Positions 40,881-49,342 of a stretch of 64,000 bases of DNA are shown one piece after another. Below the pieces are notes generated by a model. It was not told where the DNA came from, ran no database searches, and saw only the letters and a list, made by a program, of their open reading frames with translations. Position 1 is the stretch's first letter. The number at the start of each line of letters is the position of its first letter. Source of the stretch: a virus; IMG/VR virus record IMGVR_UViG_3300022856_000003; one strand, 5' to 3'. Both the position numbers and the translations under genes were made by a program.

Positions 40881-41102
40881 GCGAAACATTCCTCTTGTGC
40901 AAGAAATGGCGTGGCGCAATCAACGTCGCATCCATGCGTAGCTTCGGTAGCCGCGCCGAGCTTGAAACCCACCTCCGTTCAGACGGTCAGGCAGGGGGCT
41001 GGACCGAAAGATGGTTCCTCGTCTACAGGACATTCAGCGACAAGCCGCCAGAACGCCTGCTTGCGAAGGAGAAGAGAGAGATTGGGTTCGAGGTCTGACT
41101 CT

Positions 41103-41232
41103 GCACCATTGAGGCGAAACCCGCCCACACACACGTCCCTGATGCCCCCTCTGCGGCTCGGGACAGTTCTACGCACACTTACGACCCCTCGACCTTGAAG
41201 CTCTCTACGGGCCTCTGACGGGCTCCTGTGTC
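41103..41232 (+). repeat. fixed-spacing dispersed element, copy 2
   Basis: GCACCATT at 41103, ACGCACACT at 41171, CTC-led units at 41203/41213/41223. Confidence 0.7.
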
Positions 41233-41270
41233 TATAGATGAACCGACAAGAGACCCTGGTGTTACCCTCA

Positions 41271-41329
41271 ACGAAATCGATTTCGTCGGATCGACTCGGA
41301 TTGAATCCCTGAACAACTCAGATTAGAAT
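41271..41329 (+). promoter_or_regulatory. 16-bp palindrome followed by a sigma70-like promoter
   Basis: ACGAAATCGATTTCGT (41271-41286); TTGAAT-17 nt-TAGAAT (41301-41329). Confidence 0.6.
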
Positions 41330-41372
41330 AAGTATTAACAACGACGAACCACGAACCACATGGAGTTCACAC

Positions 41373-42239
41373 ATGCGACGACTGCTCATCGGCCTTCCTC
41401 TCTTGGCATCCCTGCTCTTCACAGGTTGCGATCTCGCCAGCGGATCGCTCGACGAACCGATTGGGCCTGATGCCTCCTACGTCGAGGATGACCCGAGCGC
41501 GGACAACGATGGTGACGGCTGGGCCGCTCGTTGGGACTGCGACGACGGCAACGAGGACATCAATCCAGACGCCTCCGACACGGTGGGCGATGGTGTCGAC
41601 CGCAACTGCGACGGCGTGGACGGCGTGGACTTCGACCTCGACGGTTGGGCTGGTGAACCCAGTGGCGGCCAGGACTGCAACGACGACGATCCGAACGTCA
41701 ACCCAGACGCCCTCGAGATTCCATATGACCAGATCGACAACAACTGCGACGGCGAAGATGCGAACGGCATCACGACCTGCGACTCGGTACCGACCCCCAC
41801 CGGCAACGACATCGGCGACGTGACCGAGGACTTCCTTCTACGAGACAGTCAGAACAACCCGATCATCCTCAGCGACTACTGCGGTATGGCCGTCGTCCTG
41901 GCCTCCGTCGCTCGATGGGAGCCGAACAGCCACGACCTCGCACCAGTGCTACAGGACTTCTACGAGGAGTACCGCGAACAGGGACTCATGGTCATCACGA
42001 TGGTCGGCGAAGGCGTCATGTTCGGCGGCGACTCTGCGACTCCCGACGACCTGGACTGGTGGACCAGCGAGTACGACATCACCCACCCTGTCGTGGGCGA
42101 CCCAGACTGGGAGATCTCTGACCGTTGGGAAGAGGATTTCTACCTCCCGTCCTTCATCCTCATCGCCCCGGGCATGCGGTTGGTGGCGAGGGACCTTCTG
42201 ACCGTGACCGAGGACGACATCCTCTCGATCCTCCCCTAA
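41373..42239 (+). CDS. lipoprotein with MopE-like metal-binding repeats and a redoxin-fold domain lacking CxxC
   Basis: Lipobox LFTGC; two DCxD..NP.A....DxNCDG repeats; DFLLRD...LSDYCG...WEPNS in place of WCxxC. Confidence 0.75.
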   Translation: MRRLLIGLPLLASLLFTGCDLASGSLDEPIGPDASYVEDDPSADNDGDGWAARWDCDDGNEDINPDASDTVGDGVDRNCDGVDGVDFDLDGWAGEPSGGQDCNDDDPNVNPDALEIPYDQIDNNCDGEDANGITTCDSVPTPTGNDIGDVTEDFLLRDSQNNPIILSDYCGMAVVLASVARWEPNSHDLAPVLQDFYEEYREQGLMVITMVGEGVMFGGDSATPDDLDWWTSEYDITHPVVGDPDWEISDRWEEDFYLPSFILIAPGMRLVARDLLTVTEDDILSILP

Positions 42240-42257
42240 GAAATCTACCCTCCCTGG

Positions 42258-42285
42258 TTGACATCCACAGCCAGGGAGGTAGAGT
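42258..42285 (+). promoter_or_regulatory. sigma70-like promoter embedded in an inverted repeat
   Basis: TTGACA-16 nt-TAGAGT, flanked by CTCCCTGG/CCAGGGAG. Confidence 0.55.
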
Positions 42286-42291
42286 GTTCTC

Positions 42292-42815
42292 ACTTCGAGG
42301 GGGAACACCCCAAAAGGTACCCGCAGCCGCAAGGCGAGACTGACGAAATCGATTTCACTTCGGTGAGAAAGACTAGAAGGAAGGTGCCAGGGAGGGAGCC
42401 CAGAGCGCCCCTTGAAGTAGTTGACCGACCCTCAAAGTCGCAGCCACCAGGAAGCCTTCGCGGGAATCCCAGGTGCTCGGAAGGGGAAGGGACAACAGCC
42501 CGAAGGCGAAAGCCGGAAGGTGCCGACCCTCCACTGGGAGCGCCGCAAGGCGATGTGGAACAGGCAGGACCAGCAAAGCTCTCGAGTTGAGCCATTCCGA
42601 CAACACCCTCGTCACCCGCTTCGGCAGGTCACGGGGGTGAAGTCGTTGTGCTTAACATCACCGACTGCTAGTATGTGCTTGCCAGCCAACAGCGGACAAG
42701 GCTTTGGCCCGTGAGTGCGCGTCCTGGGCGTGGGAGGGGAGACCCGCTTTACCACCGATGGATGCCTGCAAACCGGGGTGGGTAGCGAGTGGCTGACCAT
42801 GGCTGGCCTTGACCC
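42292..42815 (+). ncRNA. putative large structured ncRNA, family unknown
   Basis: About 520 nt without a credible ORF, behind its own promoter; many GNRA/UUCG-capped hairpins (GCC-GCAA-GGC, TCAC-TTCG-GTGA, GGC-GAAA-GCC, CGCC-GCAA-GGCG, GC-TTCG-GC, GGG-GAGA-CCC). Ends are approximate. Confidence 0.6.
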
Positions 42816-42821
42816 TTGATC

Positions 42822-42850
42822 TTGCGTCTTTGATGCCGTTGTGCTATGTT
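42822..42850 (+). promoter_or_regulatory. sigma70-like promoter
   Basis: TTGCGT-17 nt-TATGTT, extended -10. Confidence 0.5.
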
Positions 42851-44264
42851 CAACAGGTCGAGACGACCCATTGATACCTCGCAGGTGCGAGGACCGGGAG
42901 AAGCCATGGACCAAAATACCCTCATCCTGACAGCAACCGACGGCGAAGAGATTCGCCTCATGCCGAACAGCTCTGGCACGGAAGGCACACATGCCATCTG
43001 CGTCAACGGCTGGAACGAGGGGATTGAGCATTTCGACAAGCATGGGGACGGCAATACTGTCATCCCATGCTCACCCGATCGGATTGGAGCAATGTCACCC
43101 GCTGATGCCTACCAGGAGTTCTTCCGTCGCATGGACGAGGAGTCCATCGACATGATCGTCCACGGTATGAATGCGGGCTTCTACGAGATGGCACAGGTGG
43201 AGCTGGACTACGCACATCGACCCTACGTCCTCAAGGTCCTCGGTGAACAGATGGGATGGGTAGAGCCCAACCCTGGCAACCTGACCTACTCGGCGTTTCG
43301 TTCACTGCCGACGATCGTTGGTCCAGTGAGTGCTGCGGACATCAACGGTTGCCTCGACGTGGTGAACGGATGAGAGCCAAGACCGAAATCGCGTACCACG
43401 CTGAGGAGCAGCTCTCCGCAGCACTACAGCTTGTGGCAGCTCTCGTCCTCACCGACGAGGAAGTTGCCGAAACGGCTCCTGATGCACGTCCAGGGAACCT
43501 CGTAGGGTGGGCCGAGTCGACGCGCAAGGAGATGCTCGACGAGCACAACAGACCGAAGATCGTGGCGATGCTCAAGCGTCGCGGGTACTACACGAACACG
43601 CATATCGGGTTCCCGCTGGCCTCGTTGAGTTCGCCAGGCCCTCGCGCACTCGAGGACGGCCTCGAGAAGTGTAGAGCCATCTCTGATGCCATACGAGATG
43701 GATCTATCAACTATGACCTCGACACTGGGCCGAAGAGCATGACTGATCGCCTTGTCCATGACGGGATGCGACAGGCCGATGCTGAATGGATAGTCAGAGC
43801 CCATGGCACAACGATGTTCCTCCTGGCGTCGATGGATAGGGTGATGGGACGAACGAAGTGACCGATCCCGAACCAGAGCGCGAGTACACAAGGAAGGAAG
43901 ACTTCATCTTCGATTTCCTCCTGTGGGCACTGCCAGGCATCCCGTATTTCGACACCGAGAAGAACCCGTTGAAGCGAATCAACGGAGACCAATGTGACTA
44001 CCCTGTCGACGACATTGTCCACCCGGCTGACTGGCCCGTTTGCTACACCCTCCTCTACACGAAGAGAGACGGAGCCGGAGAGTGCTGGACAAGTGCCATG
44101 GGATTCTCTCGATGGCTGTGGTTCGCGAGGCTCTGGCAGAAGATGGCGCTAAGGCACTACACGACCGAGCTTCGCAAGGACCAGAGAAAGTGGAAGCGAC
44201 GCCTTCCTCCTACTGGCTACGGCTACTCCGTGACCATCGTGCCGACGGTGTGGGTGGACTAGAC

Positions 44265-47078
44265 ATGAGCAAGAAGAATCGATTTGGCCCGAAGGGCGAC
44301 TGGAACCGCAAGTTCCACCCTGGGAAGGTCAAGAAGGCTGATCTCGACGACGACCTCGGCATAATCTTCGACATGGCGGCTGAGATCCATGCACAGGACA
44401 AGTCGCTGTTCGGTGAACTGTTCGATCAGATCTCCTCGCAACCCTCCCTTGTGAAGAAGTCGGCCTCTGTGACATTCGTTCCTGCTGCACAGAAGTCGCC
44501 GCAAGAACTGTTGCTGTCAGGTGAGATCAATGACTTCAAGAACTCCATCGCCGCCGCTTTCAGTATTCCGAAGGAGTTCATCTTCGGAGCGGACGAAGAT
44601 CCACCAGTCGTCCTGTGTAAAGGATGCGACCCGACACTGCTACAGGCCGATGTGGAGTGGTGCGAGATCTGCTACGTGGCAGGGATCAACCCCTGCGGTG
44701 AGATCCCAATGGATGGCCCACCCACGGACGAAATCGATTTCGCGACTCTGACCCCAGAGGTCTTCGCAAAGATGACCTCGTCTCAGCGCGGATCCATGGT
44801 CGGGAAGATCATGAAAGCGGTGGGCAAGTACTCACTCAATGGGCTCGATGTTCCGAAGGAACTGCTTGATGCTGTACAGGCTATGGCTCTAGCCGCGACG
44901 ACCCATCTCGACGCCAGCCCTGAGAATGACGAGCTACAGAACAAGATCAAGATCCCCAAATACGACATCAAGTTCGTCAAGGACAAGCCAGGGGCAGGAC
45001 TCATTCCTTGCGGACCGGTGACGCCGACACCCATGCCCTACCCGAAGTCTGGGCTCTGGGGGAATCTGAGCGCTCACGACCTCATCAGTGTCCAGCCGAT
45101 GACGAACCCAGCCGGAGCTAAGTTCCACTTCGACTACAAGTACGCCGAGGACGCCGAGAGCGAGGGCGTGGTCGTCGAGGACGAGGGGCTCCTGCTCGCT
45201 TCTCTCGGGTATAGCGACGGAGACATCAAGAAGATCCTCGCCGACAAGGCTGAGGCGAAGAAGAAGGAGTGGCAAGACTCTCTCCCTGGCCTGTCCGACA
45301 TCAAGCTGACGAAGACAGAGGTCACGGTCCACCCTGACAAGAAGCTCAAAGCCAAATGGGGTGTCGAACCCGTTGAGGACTTCAACAGTCCCGACAGCAT
45401 TCAGTCTGAGGCTGACCTGATAGGTGAATGGCTAGAGGACACAGGCGTGACGCCGACAGTGCTACCCAACCCGACAGATTTCGATGAGGACACTCTCGCC
45501 GCGTTCGCTGAGGCCAAGCTCAACAAACAGAAGGTCGCCCTGCTGGTGAAGGACTGGAGAAAGGTCCACCCTGGTCAGTCATTGCCACCGTTCTGTAAGA
45601 AGCATTCCGACTACGGCGCGATGATGTTCGGTGAGATCCTTGTCCACTGCGACAATGGGAACGGAACCCTGACCCTAGTCACAGGTGTGGTTGTCCCACA
45701 CTCGAGCGAAGGTGTGCAGATCATCGTGGAGAAGTCTCTTGCCTCCTCTGGAGGTGTGGGATTGAGCGACATGGGAGAAGCACTAGCCGACGTGGTCAAT
45801 AGCTCCCTGGATCTGCCACCACTGAAAGCAATCGACTACTTCCTTGCTATAGGCGTCTCAGGCTCGGACGCCCCGACCTACCTCCCACAGGGCTGCTACA
45901 TCGGAGCTGGCACGAAGAACATCGTATGGGGAGTGCCAGGCTCTCAACACGCTGTGACTGTGGCTGCCATCCACGAGAACCACTTCACCCTAGTGACAGG
46001 CGTGAACGTCCCGATCAAGCCGCCAATAGGCCCGAAGCCGATCTTCATGGATGCAGACGGCCAGAAGCCGATCTTCGCGCCCTACATCCCAGTCGAGTCG
46101 ACCCCCACGCTCGAGCTGAAAACAGCCAACGCCAAGTACGCGAAAAAGACTCTCAACCCGGCGCACTACGGTGTGGTCCCTCTCTCGAAGGGAAAGACGC
46201 AGACCGCTGTCGCAGCGAAGATGACCATCAAGGGCGTAAGCCAATCGATGATCTTCTTCGACGCCCAGACCGGGACCGAGTACTACATCGACCCCGTAAC
46301 TGGAGATCTTCACGAGGTGACTCGAGTCGTGACCAACGAAGACACCCTGACCGTGACAGTCATACCCAACAGTAAGAGCACGTTCTTTCCGGTGTCTCCA
46401 CTAGATGTCAAGAACGGAACACTGCCCTTCTCTATCAAGATGGCGATGAAAGCCAAGGCTGTCCTAGAGGCCAAGATCGCGCAGGAGACTGAGGAGATGG
46501 CTGACTTCAAGGAGCTGATGGGTGCTCCCCTCAAGGACAAGACCTCGTCAACGGACCAGTACAGCCCGATTCCCAAGCCCATCGTCTACCGAAAGAAGCT
46601 CCTCGGCGTGACCGTGGAACACATCCAATCGGAGCTGCTACCAGATGGTGAGAGCTTCCAGTACTACAAGGACGTAGTGACCGGAGACCTCCACAAGATC
46701 GTGGAAGCATCGAGCGGATGGGCCACATCCAAGGACGATGCGAAGACGTGGGTAATCGTCGAGGAGAACCCGGAAGCCACAGCTCCACCGACACACCCAC
46801 TGCTGCATAAGCTGAACACGAAGAAGAAAGTCAACGGTGATGTAGCAAGCCTCGAGGCTGAGGAGCACGTAGACGAGAATGGCGACCTCACTGTGAAGTG
46901 GGCTCCCAAAGCCAAGATGGTCACCCACACCGCTTCCTTCAAGAACAATGAGAAGCCTGAGAACCCAGACGACTTCATGTACGCAATGGAACAAGCTCAA
47001 GCTGACCGCATTCAGGCGAAGCTCGACGCAACACCACCATGGGAACAAGCACTCGACCTACTACACGACATGGACTAG
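44265..47078 (+). CDS. large mosaic protein with gp23-capsid-like, portal-like and RNR-like motifs and the C-terminal tag
   Basis: ATG 44265 follows the upstream stop; DLISVQPM, KKLKAKW, APYIP..TPT...YAKK...P..YG, IAAAFSIPKEFI and NPCGEI motifs. Confidence 0.7.
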   Translation: MSKKNRFGPKGDWNRKFHPGKVKKADLDDDLGIIFDMAAEIHAQDKSLFGELFDQISSQPSLVKKSASVTFVPAAQKSPQELLLSGEINDFKNSIAAAFSIPKEFIFGADEDPPVVLCKGCDPTLLQADVEWCEICYVAGINPCGEIPMDGPPTDEIDFATLTPEVFAKMTSSQRGSMVGKIMKAVGKYSLNGLDVPKELLDAVQAMALAATTHLDASPENDELQNKIKIPKYDIKFVKDKPGAGLIPCGPVTPTPMPYPKSGLWGNLSAHDLISVQPMTNPAGAKFHFDYKYAEDAESEGVVVEDEGLLLASLGYSDGDIKKILADKAEAKKKEWQDSLPGLSDIKLTKTEVTVHPDKKLKAKWGVEPVEDFNSPDSIQSEADLIGEWLEDTGVTPTVLPNPTDFDEDTLAAFAEAKLNKQKVALLVKDWRKVHPGQSLPPFCKKHSDYGAMMFGEILVHCDNGNGTLTLVTGVVVPHSSEGVQIIVEKSLASSGGVGLSDMGEALADVVNSSLDLPPLKAIDYFLAIGVSGSDAPTYLPQGCYIGAGTKNIVWGVPGSQHAVTVAAIHENHFTLVTGVNVPIKPPIGPKPIFMDADGQKPIFAPYIPVESTPTLELKTANAKYAKKTLNPAHYGVVPLSKGKTQTAVAAKMTIKGVSQSMIFFDAQTGTEYYIDPVTGDLHEVTRVVTNEDTLTVTVIPNSKSTFFPVSPLDVKNGTLPFSIKMAMKAKAVLEAKIAQETEEMADFKELMGAPLKDKTSSTDQYSPIPKPIVYRKKLLGVTVEHIQSELLPDGESFQYYKDVVTGDLHKIVEASSGWATSKDDAKTWVIVEENPEATAPPTHPLLHKLNTKKKVNGDVASLEAEEHVDENGDLTVKWAPKAKMVTHTASFKNNEKPENPDDFMYAMEQAQADRIQAKLDATPPWEQALDLLHDMD

Positions 47079-47199
47079 CCGGTGAGTGATCACTACACCC
47101 AAGGCATGAACACCCAATAGCACTAGCACTCACACCAGTGAGTCCCCTAGTAGTGCAGTCCTTGTCCAGTCATAGTCTGACCACCACCACAGCTCCAGA

Positions 47200-47521
47200 T
47201 CTTGCACCATTAGACGTGGTGACCCACCCTCCCCCCCATAGGTGCCAGCCCTAGCTACGTCAGCCCTGGCTTTCAAGCCCTAGCTAACAGCCCTAGACAA
47301 TTGTTAAGGGCTAGCTTACTCCCGCCCTAGTGATTGACCTAGTTGTACGACAAGCGGAAACAGCACCATTTATGGGAAGACCCCCCTCCCCCCTATTTCG
47401 CAGCCCTTCCGGTCTGTTCAGGTAGCAGCGTCCGCACCAATGGCGTGCTACTCCCGCAGCCGGAAAGCGCCGTTCCCATCAGGTCTCTGATCAGCACCAA
47501 TTTATGGGAAGACCCCTCCCC
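47200..47521. repeat. iteron-like repeats and a ~30-bp direct repeat (candidate origin or packaging terminus)
   Basis: (A/C)GCCCT(A/G)G at 47247, 47262, 47276, 47289 and 47323, inverted at 47307; CAGCACCA(A)TTTATGGGAAGACCCC..TCCCC at 47361 and 47492. Confidence 0.7.
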
Positions 47522-47527
47522 ACTCTG

Positions 47528-47556
47528 TTGACGTGCTCTGATTGTTCAGCTAGAAT
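47528..47556 (+). promoter_or_regulatory. strong sigma70-like promoter
   Basis: TTGACG-17 nt-TAGAAT, with TGTTCA in the spacer. Confidence 0.75.
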
Positions 47557-47562
47557 GATTGT

Positions 47563-47694
47563 GAGGCGAGGTGTTCCAGGCAGCAACATGACGGGCGGTT
47601 CGATTCCGCTGACCGAGGGCGAAAGCTCCATACCGGCCCGGTTTGGGTGGTTGATAGAGGTTCCGTAGTGTTGCTGCCTTGAGCGCCTTGCTCC
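47563..47694 (+). ncRNA. ~130-nt structured RNA with a tRNA-like T arm (Y RNA/YrlA-like topology)
   Basis: 5' and 3' ends pair (GGCAGCAACA/TGTTGCTGCC); T arm GGCGG-TTCGATT-CCGCT; GAAA hairpin; starts at the predicted TSS. Confidence 0.65.
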
Positions 47695-47735
47695 TAAATC
47701 CAAATGTTCGACGAGGTGTCGTTCAGGAGTTCTAA

Positions 47736-48122
47736 ATGTCCCGTATCCGAGTAGTTCACATCGTCAGTGCGAAGTTGGAATTGTCCTTGAACCTTGCCGA
47801 GGTCCAGGCCGTCATGGTGGGAGTTGGTGAGGTTCACGTTGCGGTGTTGAACGACACGCTCAAGTTGAAAGGCGTTTCGGTCCCTGACGAAGTCTTCCAG
47901 CCCTTCGTCAGCGCATGGCCCGGCGCGATCACGATCTCCGACGAGAACGGAGCTTGGAGTGGTGCCTTCCGTCGAGACGGACTGGTGTCTGTCGCCTCGA
48001 CACCGGGAAGTCGAGCGATCACGTTCACTTACGACGACGGCAACATGGTCCAATGGCACGTCGATGCTGATGAGTACTTCGCCGAGGTCTTCAAGAACGC
48101 CCAGCGCCAGTTCGCCGCCTGA
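47736..48122 (+). CDS. hypothetical protein
   Basis: AGGAG RBS; 128 aa. Confidence 0.6.
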   Translation: MSRIRVVHIVSAKLELSLNLAEVQAVMVGVGEVHVAVLNDTLKLKGVSVPDEVFQPFVSAWPGAITISDENGAWSGAFRRDGLVSVASTPGSRAITFTYDDGNMVQWHVDADEYFAEVFKNAQRQFAA

Positions 48123-48766
48123 TGGCAAACAAGATCTCATCGACCTACGCCGAAGCAATGGCACTTTGGTCGCGCATATGGTCGGATTTTCCACTAGGTG
48201 TCGGTGGCCGTGCGATTCTCCTGCTACTCGCTATTTGTTATGCGGTATTGCTTTTGCGGTCTCTCCTATGAGTACTCGCGCCGCCCACGATCCTCGCGGT
48301 GAACCTGGGATCGCCTTCACAGGTGAAAACCGAGCCGTCGTTTGGTTCGACGATGATGGGCACACCGCTTGGATCAAGGACAGTCACACCGGGTCCATCA
48401 GGTCTCAGTGGCGCAAGAAGGGCGATTGGGCCGCATGTATTGAGCTTCCTGCGCCGACCGAAGACGAGTTCAGTCACGAGTGGGATACTGCAACGCCTCG
48501 CGACCCGACAGTCACGGCCCACTGCCCGTCGCGGTGCCGTGGTTGTTGGGTGTGCCGATGAGTCAAAAAGCCACGGTATGGCTCATCATGACCGGCTGCG
48601 TCCACGAGGGTTGGTCGACGCACAACGTGAAGTTCGACAAGGATGCTGCTCGAAGCAGCTACGAGAATCTGGCAGGCAAGGAACCGACGACTGACCGCCG
48701 ACTCGAAGGTTGGCAAGTACGCCATGGGATGAAGAGCCGTCTCGTTCATGAAGAGCAGGAGGATCG

Positions 48767-49342
48767 ATGAGATTTCTACGACTAGGTCTACTGATTGAGC
48801 GCATCGGCAAGCTGATGCAGAACCTCTCTGCGGACGAGAAGCTCGCCAACGCTCTGACCGCACAATCCGCCGACCACTGCACCGTGGGTGGTGAAGTCAC
48901 GACTCGAGGTTTCATCGTTGAGATGGGGATGCGCGGATGGACTCCCGAGTACGTCGGCGAGATGGTCCACTTCCGTCGCAACGGTTGGACCCCTGATGGT
49001 CACCCACTCGATAAGGTTCCGTACCTCGACGACAAGGGTCGGCCCGTGGTCCCACATGAGTGCTGCGGCTGCATCTGCCAGGTGTGTGTCGAGGGTCACA
49101 ACTCGTATGAAGACCTCGGGCACGACGCCCGATGTCTCGAGCACGCCGACCAGCGACGCCAGACGATCACGGCCGAAGTGTCACCGCCATACTGGATTGA
49201 AGCTCCGTGTTGCGGATGCATCTGTCAGGTCTGCCAGGCTGTCCATAGCGGAAACACGAGGATCCACTCGCCCAGGTGTGTGGACCACCGAGCGAAATCG
49301 ATTTCGCATGTCGACACACCCGCAACCTCCCTGGAGAAGTAG
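48767..49342 (+). CDS. protein with a duplicated CCGCICQVC metal-binding motif
   Basis: Two copies of CCGCICQVC...H...H..RC..H. Confidence 0.65.
   Translation: MRFLRLGLLIERIGKLMQNLSADEKLANALTAQSADHCTVGGEVTTRGFIVEMGMRGWTPEYVGEMVHFRRNGWTPDGHPLDKVPYLDDKGRPVVPHECCGCICQVCVEGHNSYEDLGHDARCLEHADQRRQTITAEVSPPYWIEAPCCGCICQVCQAVHSGNTRIHSPRCVDHRAKSISHVDTPATSLEK

Noticed and set aside
42292-42815. RNase P RNA, tmRNA or self-splicing intron
   Set aside because: I could not find GAGGAAAGUCC, tRNA-like ends, group II domain V or paired group I P7 elements, and no gene is interrupted.
44274-44287. AGAATCGATTTG as another palindrome copy
   Set aside because: It has mismatches in the outer positions, so it was not counted among the 18.
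47594-47610. GGTTCGATTCC suggesting a tRNA gene
   Set aside because: There is no upstream D arm and anticodon arm in canonical order and no acceptor/CCA end. Reported as a tRNA-like ncRNA instead.
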